Positions 46,885 through 61,099 of a DNA stretch of 64,000 nt are shown here, piece after piece. The position numbers and the translations under genes were made by a program. The notes under the pieces were generated by a model. That model did not search any database, was not told the DNA's origin, and worked only from the letters and a program-made list of their open reading frames with translations. Each line of letters starts with the position of its first letter. Position 1 is the first letter of the stretch. The DNA comes from Chrysomallon squamiferum (taxonomy: Eukaryota > Animalia > Mollusca), in NCBI GenBank assembly GCA_012295275.1, contig CM022675.1, forward strand, positions 16,554,001 to 16,618,000, given 5' to 3'.

Positions 46885-47055
46885 AACACACTATGATGTA
46901 TTAGCTGAGTTGACTGGATGAATTAAGGACTTTATGTGCTATACATTTATCTAGATAATGATGACAGAAGGGAAGAAACCTGCAGTCACAATCAAATGGG
47001 TTACTCTTACCAGCTGTAAGGAAGCAATCTTTTGTGTGAACCTTCTCATAAATCA
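46885..47055 (-). mobile_element. Decayed SINE fragment, Nin-domain-like
   Basis: Minus strand AAGGTTCACACAAAAGATTGCTTCC..AAGAGTAACCCAT..GACTGCAGGTTTCTTCC resembles 63205-63415 (shared AAGGTTCACANAAAAGAT) and my recollection of the molluscan Nin-SINE core. Confidence 0.5.
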
Positions 47056-47057
47056 TA

Positions 47058-47094
47058 AAAATAAAATAAAATAAAATAAAATAAAATAAACAAA

Positions 47095-47153
<59 letters not shown>
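47058..47153. repeat. Compound (AAAAT)n/(AAAT)n/(AAT)n microsatellite
   Basis: Directly visible. Confidence 0.95.
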
Positions 47154-47154
<1 letters not shown>

Positions 47155-50100
47155 GCAAATTTGATGACACTTTTCACAAATGATTAATTTTGAAGTATGA
47201 AGTTACTAAAGGTATAACTGATCATATGAAGGGTTAACTGATCTGTAAACTGTTTGTAACTGTTGTTTTAATCATTTGTGTGAAATAATATTTGTTCTTA
47301 AATAAAAGAAACATTTTACCACTGAACTGAGACAGAATATGGGTATAATTCTATTCTTTTCTCTATTAATGTAAAATTATGACGGCTGGGCTATTTTCCA
47401 TTCCAGGCTGTGCCTCAGTTGTCAGATATTTGATTTAAAATGTGTTTATTACTTGCTTTTTAGCTTTAACATGTGAACTGTATGCTGCAGCCACTGGGAT
47501 GAGATCTGTGGGACAAATGCCCATATGTATTATTTGTGATATAAGTTAACATTGGCTTTATGTTGTGTTTCTATTTGTGAGTGTAAGTGTATGAATGTGT
47601 CAAATGAAATAGCTACTGAAACTTAAATATCCTTTTTTTGTTTTTATTGTTTTATTTATTTTTTATTATTTTAATTTTAATTTTTTATTAAACTTGTTTG
47701 TGTTTTTAAAGCTTTGTATATTAACAAAAACAAACAAACTGAGGTAATAAAAATATTTATTTAAAATACTTTCAAACAGTAATAATAAAAACTGGCAAAT
47801 AATAATAAGATAATAACCAAGAACATGATAACACAACTGAATGAATAATAAGAATTCATCTTCTCTGCCAAACATTTGCATGAATTACTTTATCATAAAA
47901 TGGACAAATTCATTCATTCAGATGGTACAAATTATGCTAAAATTATGAAAATGTTCATATTATAACAACCATTTATATACTCACAACCTGTCAGTTCTGA
48001 TTTATTTTCATATCACTTAGTTTATAAACCAAAATATATTTATACTTTACTGATATGTTTGTAATCTGTAAAAAAATATTTATTCTCATAATTACTTAAA
48101 TATCAAAGTTTTCTAAATTTTACAAAGTATTAAGTATTTAATTATGGTTGTAATGTAATGAAACTGATAATGTTTTATGTTATTATATTCATGAATTAAT
48201 ATAACTGTCAAATACCATTTTTATAATTTAGAACATTTAACATTACTACTAGTATTATTTAATAATTTTATTGACTGTAATACATTAATCTTTGTAACTG
48301 TGAAATGATTCATAATAACATCATAATTATTCATTTTCATTTGTTCACTTATGTAGATTAAATTAAAATGTATACAGAAAAAAACAGAAGAAAAAAGATC
48401 AGAATTGAGTTATTTAAAATTTTAATTCGCACTATGATCTAACATGTTAAACTTAATTTCTAAATATAGTCACCATGTCAGTTATAATCAATTTGTAATA
48501 TGAAATATTAAAAAAATAATAATAATAAAAATAATAATAATAATATTATTATTATTAATACAATAATAACAATACATTAAAGTGAAATATATTTTTTGAA
48601 TTCAAATGATTTCATAACATGTCATGGAAGTCATTATTTTGATTTGCACTTTATAGAACACTGGCATATCATTTGGTTTTAACTGTAAATATCTTAAATG
48701 CAAAATGTTCAGTCAAGTACTCAAAATATATTTATAAAAAGAATGTGCTAAAACATTAATACATTAAATGAAGTAAACTATACAATTTTATTTTTGTTGT
48801 AAATGGAGGAATCTGAAGATGTATAAAACCCTGTCAAATTAGAAGTAACAAGCTGTTTTTTGATTAGGAATGAACTGAATGAACTGGTTGTCAGAAGCAA
48901 CACAGGCAGGAATCAGGCTAAGTCACATATAATATGTTTACTGTTATCACATAAGTACAAATTACTGAGATTCATTGAGTCAGGATTTTTAAATAAACTT
49001 TAAAAACCCACATGCCGAGTTGAACTGTTAAGTTTATTCTTATACAGAATCAAACTTAAACAATAAATAAAAGTGTAAAAATGATGTTTTTAGCTGGAAA
49101 GTGTCTGGTAGATCAGACAATTAACTTCATTTAAAACTTTTTTAAATAAGCCCAAATCTTCTGATTTTCAACACCACAATCCTCATTTACAACAAATATA
49201 CATGACTGTAAAATTCCGTATTAACAAAAAGAAATAACATTCTGTTAATGAAGATTGCTCATCCAGGTTATGAACACAAAAACTACATAGACCTGATACA
49301 AGAAAACCTGAAAGTGGTTTTAATTTTCAATAAAGAATTGCAAATAAATGAACTTCAGTATTTAAATATCCAAAATTACAAATAATTGTTCAAAACATTA
49401 TTAAAGTTTATAACAATTAAAGTTTATTAAAGTTTATCAATAAATTAACTATAACGTTATTGTTAAATTCTTAACAACACTGTATAAGAAGTTTTCTTAA
49501 TGAACAACAATTTTGGAAAAAAGCAAGAACAGCTAAATGTTAATATCATGAAACAGGAATGAAAATTCAACAGAAAAATAACACTTAGAATACAAATTTA
49601 TGATTATGATTTTAAAATGCTTTCCAAAGACCAATATTGTCTTTTTATTGTTAAAAAGTAACAAAATAATAAAATCATTTTCATTTTTATTATGTTTTGT
49701 ATAATTTAACAACTTGAAATAAGTTAAATGTGGTCAGCGTCATAAATATATTAATAAATACAACCACTCCTCACAAAATCTTTCAATCTAAACATAATTC
49801 TTAAATTTGATTTTGTTGCTGATGCATAGTGAGAGAAAGAAGACCGAATAAAGAAAGAAAATAACTGCTCTTGTGATAATGAGGACAAAAAAAAGAAAAG
49901 AAATAATAACAATGATAATAAACAGAAAAATGGCATTATTTAAATCATTAATATTATCCTGTTTTACACAGATTCTTATAACAAATATAAATTGAGGATT
50001 TTGTAAAGCCCCCCATAACAACAACAAAAACAATATAAACAGCCAATAATGGAGAAATGAAATGCTGCCAAAATGAACACATCTAATTTAAGTAATGCAC

Positions 50101-50673
50101 AAGGTCCACCATTTCTCTAGAAGACATAATTTAAAAGATTTTAGTATTGTTTTGGAGTTATTGTTTTTCACATTAGAATTTATTGTTTTTGTATAGTTAA
50201 ATTATCCATTGTTTCAAGGTATTTGTAAAATAGAATAATGTATGAAAGTAACTCAAATTGTAAAATGTCATGTTATAACAAAATGATTATAAAATTAAAG
50301 TGAAAAAACCCATTCATCTCCTGAACCAGCAAAAAATGACTTTAACTTATTTATAATTAGTAAAAGATATGAATTAAAAGCCAGAAGAAATCAATTGTAA
50401 TAAAAATAAAATAATATTAAATTGTCAAAGCAGTATTTGAAATCAAATATCCCAAACCTCAATAAGTTACAGTTTTACTGAGACCATTCCATAATTCAAA
50501 ACTTCAAAAATCTGTTATTAATTTTTTGTTCATGAAAGAAAATATCAATTCTAAGCATACTGAAAATATATTATAAAACCCAAATCCATGAAGTGTATTT
50601 ACATATTATTTTAATGGATCAGTGTTAAAATACAAGTGTCTCATTTACCAAGACAACTCCATAGTTCAAAAAG

Positions 50674-50714
<41 letters not shown>

Positions 50715-51179
50715 TTATTGCTTTAGTGGAAGAACATTCTGTTTAATTTATTGTCATTTAAGCTGAATAACATTCTATTAAGATGAAAAAACCACCTATA
50801 AAACTTATTTTTATTATTATTATTTTTAAAATTTTAAAAGACTATTATATATTCGCAACATTCAGAAAGATAGAGATATAGACATACATTTACTAAATCT
50901 ATGTATTTCTAAAAGAATTCTACTTTGCAGTTATTTAAAAATACATATAGCCTAAATAGCCTGTTTCTCTTTATTAATAGTAAAGTCTTATTTTAAAAAT
51001 ACTGTAGAATCTTTGCTATATCAAGGTTCTTTGCATTTTTAAAAGAAAATTCTTTTCTGGAATGTCAAATAAATTCATACTCAAATTTGATTTGACTGTC
51101 ACACTATATCAGAAGCAAAGATTAGTCGGCAGTAAAACAAATGAAATATAAAATATATCAAGGCTGTTTGTTTGTTTAG

Positions 51180-51558
51180 ATAATACTTAAAATTTGAATT
51201 TCTTATCGTTGATACTTTGTATCTAAATATACTTTAAGATAAATTTGTTATCAGCAACCTTGTAAAAATAAATTTCTTATCAGCAAAACTTCAAAAATCT
51301 ATTTGTTATCTATAATACTTTAAAGCTTAAATACTGCAATTCTTCAAAGCTAAATGTGTTGTATTAACATTTTAAAGCTGATTTTGTTACTTTAACAATA
51401 CATTTGTTTTGTGTAACACTAACAATAAATGTGTTGTATGACACTTAAAAGATAATTTCGTTGTATGACACTTTAAAACTAAATGACATTTTAAAGCTAT
51501 ACTCTGTGACACTATTTAAGCATTGTGCTGTGAAGTACTATAGATAAATGTGTGCTAC
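51180..51558 (-). repeat. Degenerate ~29-30-bp tandem repeat starting right after the POFUT2 stop
   Basis: Recurrent AAATGTGTTGTATGACACTTTAAAA / AAATTTGTTATCAGCAA..CTT..AAAA units on the + strand. Confidence 0.6.
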
Positions 51559-51560
51559 TG

Positions 51561-54500
51561 TTAGTAAGTTATTTGCCATCTTGATGGTTGTTCACAGTTT
51601 TTTTGTCCACAGAAAGTATTAAAAGTGGTTTCAGATCTAAATCCCAAAATTTCACGTTCATCTTCAATTCTGAATGAAAAGGTTGATTCTTTTGTCCCAA
51701 TGAAATGTCTGAAATCCAAAACAAGAGAAAAACTTGAAGAAAAGAAAATAAACACTGTATAAAGTCAACAAGAAAAAAGGAGTAATACATCCCCCAAAAA
51801 TGAGAAACATTATGTAGCATTAAATTTGTTCATGTTAGAAGAGACTATTTTAGTATTGTAATGATTTAAATCTTAATGTGGATTCTTTAAACACTGAACT
51901 AACAAATTTAAAACAATACAAACCTAGCATGTGCACATATCCACTGGTCTATAATGGCAACTCCTCCATCTTTAAATTTGTCAAGTTTTACTAATGATGG
52001 AACATATCTGTAAACTTCATAATCAGCCAGATATTCTTTTAGCTCATTAAATTCTACCAAAAAAAAAAAAAAAAATAATAATAATGATTAACTAACAAAA
52101 ACCCCCAAAATACCATAACAATATTTTAACCAAAGAAATGAAAATGTAAAATTGTGGGAGCATACTGTTTATTCAGATTGAAAGTTAGAGTAATTCAAAC
52201 CAGTAGTATTTTAATACTCACAGAATATATTAAAAAACCCCAAAACAAACAAATAAAAAGCACTTCAAACTAAAACTGGCTATTTAAAAACTCACTTTAA
52301 AAAATATATTTAGAAATCAGTAAAAAACACTAATACAAACTACTACAGTATTAATATAATAATTAGCATAAGAAAATATTACTATAGATCAATGTATATG
52401 GATAGAATCGAGTATCATACCTTCTTTAGAAGCATCTGTAGCTATAAACACTTTTGTCAAGGAATACTTGTTTAACAGGGATGTGATGTTAACTGCAGCT
52501 TCTTTCAAAGTTGGAACATCACTTTCACGAGACCTTGCAAAATCACCTCTTCGTAAATGTACACCAATATATGGTCCACCTTTCGCATCCCCATGTTTCC
52601 TCTGAAACAGGCATTGAGAAGTAGAAATTGTAATGAATCTATAGTATTTCTTATTTACTGTGTATCTCTGATGATGTGAAGAAATAGTCTAAACACACTC
52701 TACATATTTGCAAATTATGTGTTGTTTTTTGTTTTTTTCTATTCAAACAATTGTTAACACAGCATAACAAATAAGAATAAAGTTTGATTATCTCCGTTAG
52801 TCCAGTCAAACTGCTAACACTTTAGAACTTACTTTCATCTTTGTCCAGTCTTCTTCAAGAGTTGTGTTATCTGCCTCATCAGTGGAATTCAGAAACTCTT
52901 TTCTAAATTTATTACCTTCCTCTATCAGATGTTTAGCAAATCGCATGCTTCTTCGAGCCTAAAAATACATATTTGAAATATATAATGAAAAAGTGTTTGG
53001 AACTGCTTTATTTCTTTGAGGATTAAAAGTTGTGTTTTTTTGTTTTGTTTTTTTAAATTAACCATCAGTGGTCACAACTTAGAATTTCCTGGATACTGCT
53101 AAAGAAATACACCAAGACAAGCAGGTTCACTGCTCCAGAACTATGCCTGGGTAACATCTTCTTTATCTTACTTTAGATTTAAGTAAAACAGCTTTTATGT
53201 AGCAGCATCTTACGTACATTGGACAAGAGGATTCAAGTAAAATACCTCTTTTCTTTCACACTAACTAAATTATTTTAAATTATTTAACATATACAAGTGG
53301 CAAGTTGTGTTTGAGGAGGGACCAGCATCAATTTGAACTTCATCTTGAACAAAACAGAGATAAAAATGACACATGACTAACATAGACAACTGACCTCTTT
53401 ACATAATTGTCTCAAAATGATTTGGACCTCAAGATAAAAGCATGAAGTATACTGAAACATGACATCATAGTGTTTTTGTTTTTTGGTAATCTCCAGTGCC
53501 AAAAATCTGGCAACTGCTGGAAAAGTATCATCTATGCATTAAAAATTAAGAAAACAATTTAACAGTAAGATAAGTGGAAAACAACAAACCTCCCAAAAGG
53601 TGGCATCTCCAAAATTATCATGTATAAGTGTTTCTGCTCTTTCTATCATAACATTACTGAAATTAATTAAAATTGGCAATTATTAAGCATTTATTACAAA
53701 GGTTATATTTGATAATACAAAGAAATAGTTTAGATACATTTTCTATATACTTCCAAGTTGTATATTTTATTTAGTCTTCCAGCCTTAATTAATAACAAAG
53801 GATAACAACTCAACAGTACTGTTTGAAAATATCTAGTCACTCCCTTTTATCATTATTATGATGTCACTGTGTAAAGTATGTACTAATTTTTTTGTAATGT
53901 ATCTCAAGATATTCTCAGAATAAATACTAGTCTGACTGCCTTGTACACAGTATCACCATTTAAGTGGCATTCAGACGTTTTATAAGTGCTATTTTACTGA
54001 GAGTTAGTTTTTACACCATTTATTCTCAGTGGTGTAGGTACATTTTAAAGGAACATGATTTTACCTCGCTGTGGTATTAGTATTCAGAAAATGTTTTATG
54101 TAAGAAGCATGAGCCTGTATAGAAACACACTGGAATTTCCTAGCTGTAACCTCATCACCATATCCAGTGAAGAAGCCATAGTAAAGACCATCATCAGACA
54201 CCTATAAAACAGCAAAAATTGATTTCATTCTGCCACTAATTCAGATTGTTTAAAACAACAATTTTTTTTTTTTTTTCATTTACAGCTGACAAATATAAAA
54301 CTTTAAAATTTTAACAATTCAGATAGCTTTAAAACAAAACCTGTTTCAAGAATAATATTTTTTTTTTAGAAATGTATACCTTACAACTACATTGAAATGT
54401 GTAATTTTAAAACTTTAATTAGCTTCTTTTTTTAAAATCAATAACATTAAAAACAAAAGTGTAAGTCTATTAAAAAAAAAAAGATGCAAAGAAACAAAAA

Positions 54501-56420
54501 GATTTTAAATACAAAAAAACACAAAGGATTATTAACTTAAACCATTCTGTTTTCAGTATCAGAAAAGCTGTTGTATTTGGTTTTCAGTAAAATAAGTAAA
54601 ATTAATACAATACACACACACAGTACATATTCAAGTTTACCTTTCTATAAGCTGGTGGGTCAATGCATTCTCTGAAATCCATTTTTTGCTCCCATTCCCC
54701 TCCCCACCCTTCTTTATAGTGCTGCAGGTAGTAGATCTCCTCAATCACTGGTTCATCAAGTGCTATCAGTTAAAAAGAATAAGAATGTAAATGTGTTATA
54801 AAAACAAAGTCAGTATTAATTTACACTTCTGTAAACAATTATTTCTGTGGCAGCAGCTTTGTAAGTAATAAAATAAATGAAACAGTTCTTTCACAATTGA
54901 AATTTTAACAAGTTCAATCTAAATATTTCAACAAAATGTCTTACATATTTTTATTGTTATTATTATTTATTTTCTATCAACCTCATGTAAAGATTATTGT
55001 TTGAAACGCACACACAAACACACACACTGTATTCGGTATATATATTCTAGTATTTAAAAATCAAATAAGTGTTTACAAGTAACAGTTCACTGCATGTAAA
55101 TAACTTAAATTTATAAAGTATTTAACAAAACCAATTTGTTAAATATTTGCATTTCACCTTATTGTTGTCTCAAATTTTATGAAATCACTATAAAGTAACT
55201 TAATTTAAAACTACACACATTATTCAAAATAAGTAGGAGGTATTAAAAACAAAATAACATCATCACATCAGTGAGGTATTTCAAAAAATTAGTGAAAAAA
55301 TAAATCACCCAGTTAAAGATCAGCTGAATTTATTTTTGATTTTGAATATCTTGTCTTTAGAACTCTGTGACATCACACATTTGTGCCAGGCAGAAATATC
55401 ATAACATACTTTTTAACTACTAATAAAGTAATATCCCCTGCTGATTTTGAATAGTATGTTTAAAAAAACGAATGAACAAATAAAATAAAATAAAATAAAA
55501 TAAAATAATAATCTGTATAAATTTATCTAGCTAAATAATCTATCTATCTGTCTATTTACAAAATCACAAACTCAAAGAAAAATAAGGAACAAACTTTTGA
55601 GAAAATCAGCAAATTCTATGACTGGACAAAATGATCGTAAACTTTGTAAATCAAAGAACATGGACCAAGGCAGTTTATGCTGGTAAATGTGATAAGATTT
55701 CCAGTGATAGATGTTAGACCACGATGGCAGAACAAGAATCCATGGATGTTTAGAGTCTTCATTAAGAACCCTCATAAGATAGGCCATCCGCATATATACA
55801 TCACGCCGTAAATTGAAACCTTCACCTGGATTCACATCATAAAGTAAATATCTGTAAATGTACATAAATTTTATTACTGTCTGTATTTCCATTTTTTAAA
55901 ATTGTTTTGATTAACTTAAATTTTTGTTAGCTTATTATCTGCTCATATCCAAATAAATCCATAATTACACTGCTATTAAATATTAAATTACTATATTATT
56001 GTATATACATCAGTGTTTAGATATACATGGAATAAGCTAAACTTCCTAAAGCTATCTAAAGTATGATCATAATGATGTACCATTTATCTTTGTTTTATAT
56101 AAAATATGAAAATGTATATACATGCAGTTCGAATTAATCAGTAAAAATTAAAATGTTGAACTAAACTGTGCTGCTAGTTACTAGCTGTTGCCTTGATGGA
56201 TATACAAACTACATGCTATAAATCTTATGACGTGGAAAGTGCTGGAAAACTAGACAATTTTAAAACATAAAAACTACAATTGACATCACCTGAGCGGTTG
56301 TGCTTGCCCCATCTTCATTTCTTGCTGATTTGGTGGTTGCATAACAATATAATCTTGTTCATCCCCATTCAGCTGGTTTAACAAAACCACGAAAATCACA
56401 AACAAATATAAAATCATCAT
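51561..56420 (-). CDS. POFUT2: GDP-fucose protein O-fucosyltransferase 2
   Basis: Exons 56420-56290 (signal peptide), 55851-55595, 54762-54641, 54201-54065, 53656-53590, 52958-52833, 52601-52421, 52053-51924, 51708-51561. Motifs [84 protein letters not shown]....TFN.FCG. Confidence 0.96.
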
Positions 56421-56701
56421 TTTCTTCAGCACTTCTTCTCGCCTGCAGTTTAATGGGACATAACTCTGAATTGATGTACTGAAAATCAAAAACAAATCCG
56501 ATAGAAAAGAGCAGCATGTTTCACGAAGGGAAATTTTAATAGTAAAGTACTGTGTTGATAATAGTCAGCAGTTAAATGAATTATATGATTTGTAAGTGGT
56601 ACTTGAAAAGAATCCACCACAAAATCATTCAAAGAACCTTACATGAGGCTTACTAATATGAATTTTGGACAAAACGCAATTTTAATTTTGAAATTTTGAA
56701 A

Positions 56702-56742
<41 letters not shown>

Positions 56743-56971
56743 ATTATTATTATTAAACATCTTATCTTATTTATTTATTTTTTATTATTATTATTATTTT
56801 ATGTTTTTTGGAGGACAAAATAGTATTTTATAAATAATGGCTATACCTTTTGATACGGTTGTTGATTCTATTTTCAACTAAGTTTATCTGAATATTTAAT
56901 ACAGTTTCTTTTCAATAGCAGTTTGAATGCTGTAACATTTTTCAGTAATTCTGCTTTATCGGCCTTTAGAT

Positions 56972-57007
<36 letters not shown>

Positions 57008-59404
57008 GGAAAAATGCATCATCTTTTATATAAATCATTCACAGTATTATACCAAGGTGATTACTACATGCTAAATATTTTTCATGCGTTGAACAAATGT
57101 ACTAGGTTAGGCTAACTGAAACTGATAACTAAATATATTTTTAATTTACCACATTTTACGATTCATAGAGCACCACAAAAGCTATTTGTAAAGACGTTTT
57201 GAGAAAAGGGACAAAATTCGGCATCATAGTATAATTCAATGATGAAGGGCTTAGCCCCGTTGGATATTCATACTCATTCAGGGACAGATTATTCTTTCGA
57301 TAAGAGGTAGGGGGTCCGAACCAATATGTAAATGTTCTATATTTGAAATTTAAAATTTTACAGTTTGATTTTTCACAGTTCTTAGCATTGCTATCTTTTC
57401 GCCAGTGCCTGCCGCCATATCAGCTGTGTCAGCAAACTAATCTATGAAGCTGGTATTCAGAGCATGATATCTAATTGTTTATTTGTTTTAGTGACCATTA
57501 TCTGGAAGATAGTCACAAAACAAAAAATATAATATGTTACAGAGGAGCTGATCATACGACTCCGGGAATGTATTTGCTGTCATATTCGGTTTTGATTTCA
57601 TACATTTGTATGTATGATTAACACCGACAAAGTTTATAAAAAGCCTTTGGAAGGCTGAATTAAAAAAGAAAAAGAAAGAAAAACACACGAAAAGAACGAT
57701 CTTCTCAACCGAATTCCCCTTTATATCACTACCATCCTAGTTGTACATCAACTCCTAAGTAATTTATTTCGTTCAGTAGATGAATGTAGAAGTTTAAATA
57801 TATTTAATATCCCAGAGTTTTTATATATAAGATTACCTTTAGCTGTTTTTTAAAAATATATATATATATATATTGCCGAACCAGGCATTATGTCACGGCT
57901 GTTGACACGCGTTCACTCTCATTCAGAAAGCGACTGATCAAGCTGATTCTCTGCGGCCAAACATTCCTGAAATCTTTTTAAAACTTGTGAACAAAATAAT
58001 CATTCTTTTCATGATATGTCGATTTAACCTCATACAGTTATTAATTAAGTGATTAAATCTGGGATGAAATGATATCGGAGATAGTTACGTATATATTGTC
58101 TGACTGTGCCTAGGCCTTAGTTAATAAATCATCAAAGTTCTTTAGGCACATCGCTTCTCGACATAATGTTGTTTACAGTTTGGTGGAGGCCGTCAGTAGA
58201 AAATCTGTGAAGATTTTATGCAATTTATTTATTCCCGATGCCTCAAAGAGCGAAAAATCTATGCCCACATGTCTTCATTTCTCAAATTTATGATTGTTTA
58301 CTCATTAATATTTACCTATTTATTTTATTATTCTGTTGTTTTGGCAATGTCTTCGAAATGATATTGGAAGTGATGGTTGAATAAGTGTTTTTAATCAGTA
58401 TTAGTGGGAGTTGTTTGAAACGTGGATCAAATAATAAATAACAAAATATAAGTAATATATAATAAAATATGTCGGTACAAATTTTCTTATTCAGTCTTTT
58501 CTTCTTAGGTTTGACATTTGCTTCACAAAGTCCACGCCCACATTCAAAACATTTTCTCAAAGTCACTTTTTAAATCTTATCCATGTGAACTTCGGCTTCT
58601 GCTCCATTTACGTCCACATCACCGCACTTGTAACTTTTGTAACTCATTATTCATTCAGTTTTTGATCATATTTTCTTAAAATACTGTCTTGTAAAGTGCT
58701 TTGAACCCGCACTCACAAGGAAAGACTACTCATCAAGTCTTCTATATTATTAGATATTATAACTAGATATTACTAGTTTTAAGACTGTTGCTAGATGCTC
58801 AAGAAAACTGGAACATATTAAAAGAAAAAGGATGAACAGTCCAATTAAAATTAACTTAGTCAATGTTAATATACTTTGCAGAGTTATGAAAAAATGTGGA
58901 ATATTAGGAACACACAGTGTGACTTATTATGAAATAAGCTTTGTTAGAGACAGCCTCGCTTCAGTGCCAGTGCGGGCCCTCAACGCTTGAGTTTTCTTCA
59001 AAATGGCAGTTGTGCGCAAAAGGAACTAAAAAAATTAAATATTAAAAAATTCATAATTTTGGATTGAGGACTTTGAATTTTTTATCACTGAAATCAGGAT
59101 AACAAGACCTACAATTATAGTTAGGAATCAACCTTTATTTTCCAAAATAAAAATCACGTTTGAGTATTTATTAAAAACAACATGAACAGTGTGATATTAA
59201 AGTTATGAATAGTATAGGTAAGCTTTTTAATATAAAATAATCAGGTACCTCATTTCTTTCTTTCTTTCTTTATTTTTTATTATTATTATTATTATTATTT
59301 TATTATTATTATTATTATTATTTTATTTTTTTTAACTGCTCACTGTTTAAGAACATTTCTTTACATTTACATCCTTTTTTATTTTTTATTATTATTATTA
59401 TTAT

Positions 59405-59440
<36 letters not shown>

Positions 59441-61099
59441 CATCGATCGCTAGATAATCACATAAAACGAATCAAAGTTTCTAATTTAAAACAACAGATG
59501 AAAATTGCATTCAATTGTTTCTGCGAAGGTGCGCGTGCCGGATTGGGCGGGAAATTGTCAGGTGTTAAACACTTCAGGCTATCAGAAAAACACTTGGGTT
59601 CAATTAAATTCTGTTACGATGACTACTTTTCGCTTTTTGAATGAAAAACACTGCTTTATTTTATTGTCCCAAAATCTTTAAATAAATGGTGATATGTTAC
59701 ATTGATTTGTTTGAAATAAATTCTTACATCTATAAGGGTTATGTCGTCTGCAAAGATTCCCACGAGCTGAACATTTTCTCTTTATAACTGATTGCTACTT
59801 GTTACGATAGATTCATGCACCACCATTAGCTGAAAATGCTTAACAATGCTATGTTTGCACTTAAGAACACTATTCTCACTTTCAGTAATTTTATTTAATG
59901 GATTCAGATTTCATTATTATATTATTCTCGTTTAGGTAAACTATTTGCCTTATTGTGTATCTGCTGTGATGCAAGAACATTATGTGCATTAAAGAAGTTA
60001 ACTTTACTACTAACAAACTACAATAATAATATACTTAATTAAAAAAATAAAAATAAAAAAATAAAAAAATATTTATTTATTATGAAGAAAAGAAAATTTC
60101 TTAGTGTGGTATACTTACAGGCCCGAACAGAAATGTATGTAGTGTGTGTGTGTGGGGGGGGGAGCAGTCGACGGCCCGAAGTTTTTGTTTAGAATATAGA
60201 ATGCAGGAGATGAATTTTCCTGTATTCTCGGAAGTAAATTTAAAATATTTGCTTCATACAGATCGCTTCATCTGACTATAATTTATTTTATTTTATGTTT
60301 TACACGTCGACGGACAAAAAAAATAAACTTTAGAAAATATAACAACCGTATAATACTGTTTAATACAGAATTATAATAACGTAAGAATAAATGCTCACAT
60401 AAAACAATGTAAATGGGAAATGGTAAGTTAAAATTTTGTGACATTTTCCTAACTTTACCCGCATTTCCCGAAATCTGGAAAACCGAGGTCCATGAAATTG
60501 ATGGCCACAGTACAGACATACATACATATGCACATACTTACAGATGTTTCAGTTAGAATTCGAAGCCGTTATCAACCAATCCTTTAAAAAAATTATGATG
60601 CTCCGATTAAGGATATTATGTTGTCTTCGAGTAGCTGTTGGCTTAAAATTAATGAATTAATGAATAAATAAACAAATGAATGAATGAATGAATGAAAAAC
60701 AGAAAATTGTTTTATCCGTCGATGAACCAAATCAGGAATTTCAGAGAAGTTTTTAAATCACAGGTAACGACAATTAAGATTGATTATTAAAACAATCATC
60801 TACTCACCTTTCCTTGAATACAGCACTTATTAATATTGATAATTTTCATCCAGAAATATTTACTTGAAAACTGTCGATTAATGCAACAAATGGTGGTAGA
60901 AAACAAGGTCAATAAATTATCAGCCTTTCAAAGGTACTATATATAAAATTATTAAAATATTACTTAAAATGTCTAGCCAATCAACGCAATTTACCTGGGT
61001 ATTAATTCATGTTTGATCATTTTCTGTAACACTTTATTCCGTGACGTACGAAAGAAAACCTTGTCTTAAAATCGACCAGCGAACTTCACTACATTTATA

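Noticed and set aside
47383-47530. Structured ncRNA in a GC-richer intergenic patch
   Set aside because: No tRNA, snoRNA box or stable hairpin pattern; TGGGCTATTTTCCATTCCAG looks more like another decayed SINE piece.
54763-55594. U12-type intron in POFUT2 (TCTTTTTAAC near the acceptor)
   Set aside because: Donor is GTTTGT, not RTATCCTT, and the branch lacks the CCTTRAC core.
58312-58566. 84-aa ORF with CxxC and a basic NLS-like stretch
   Set aside because: No ATG start, no recognisable domain or splice partners; the region looks more like retroelement debris (GTAAAGTGCTTTGA...TATTATT tail near 58690-58750), too weak to list.
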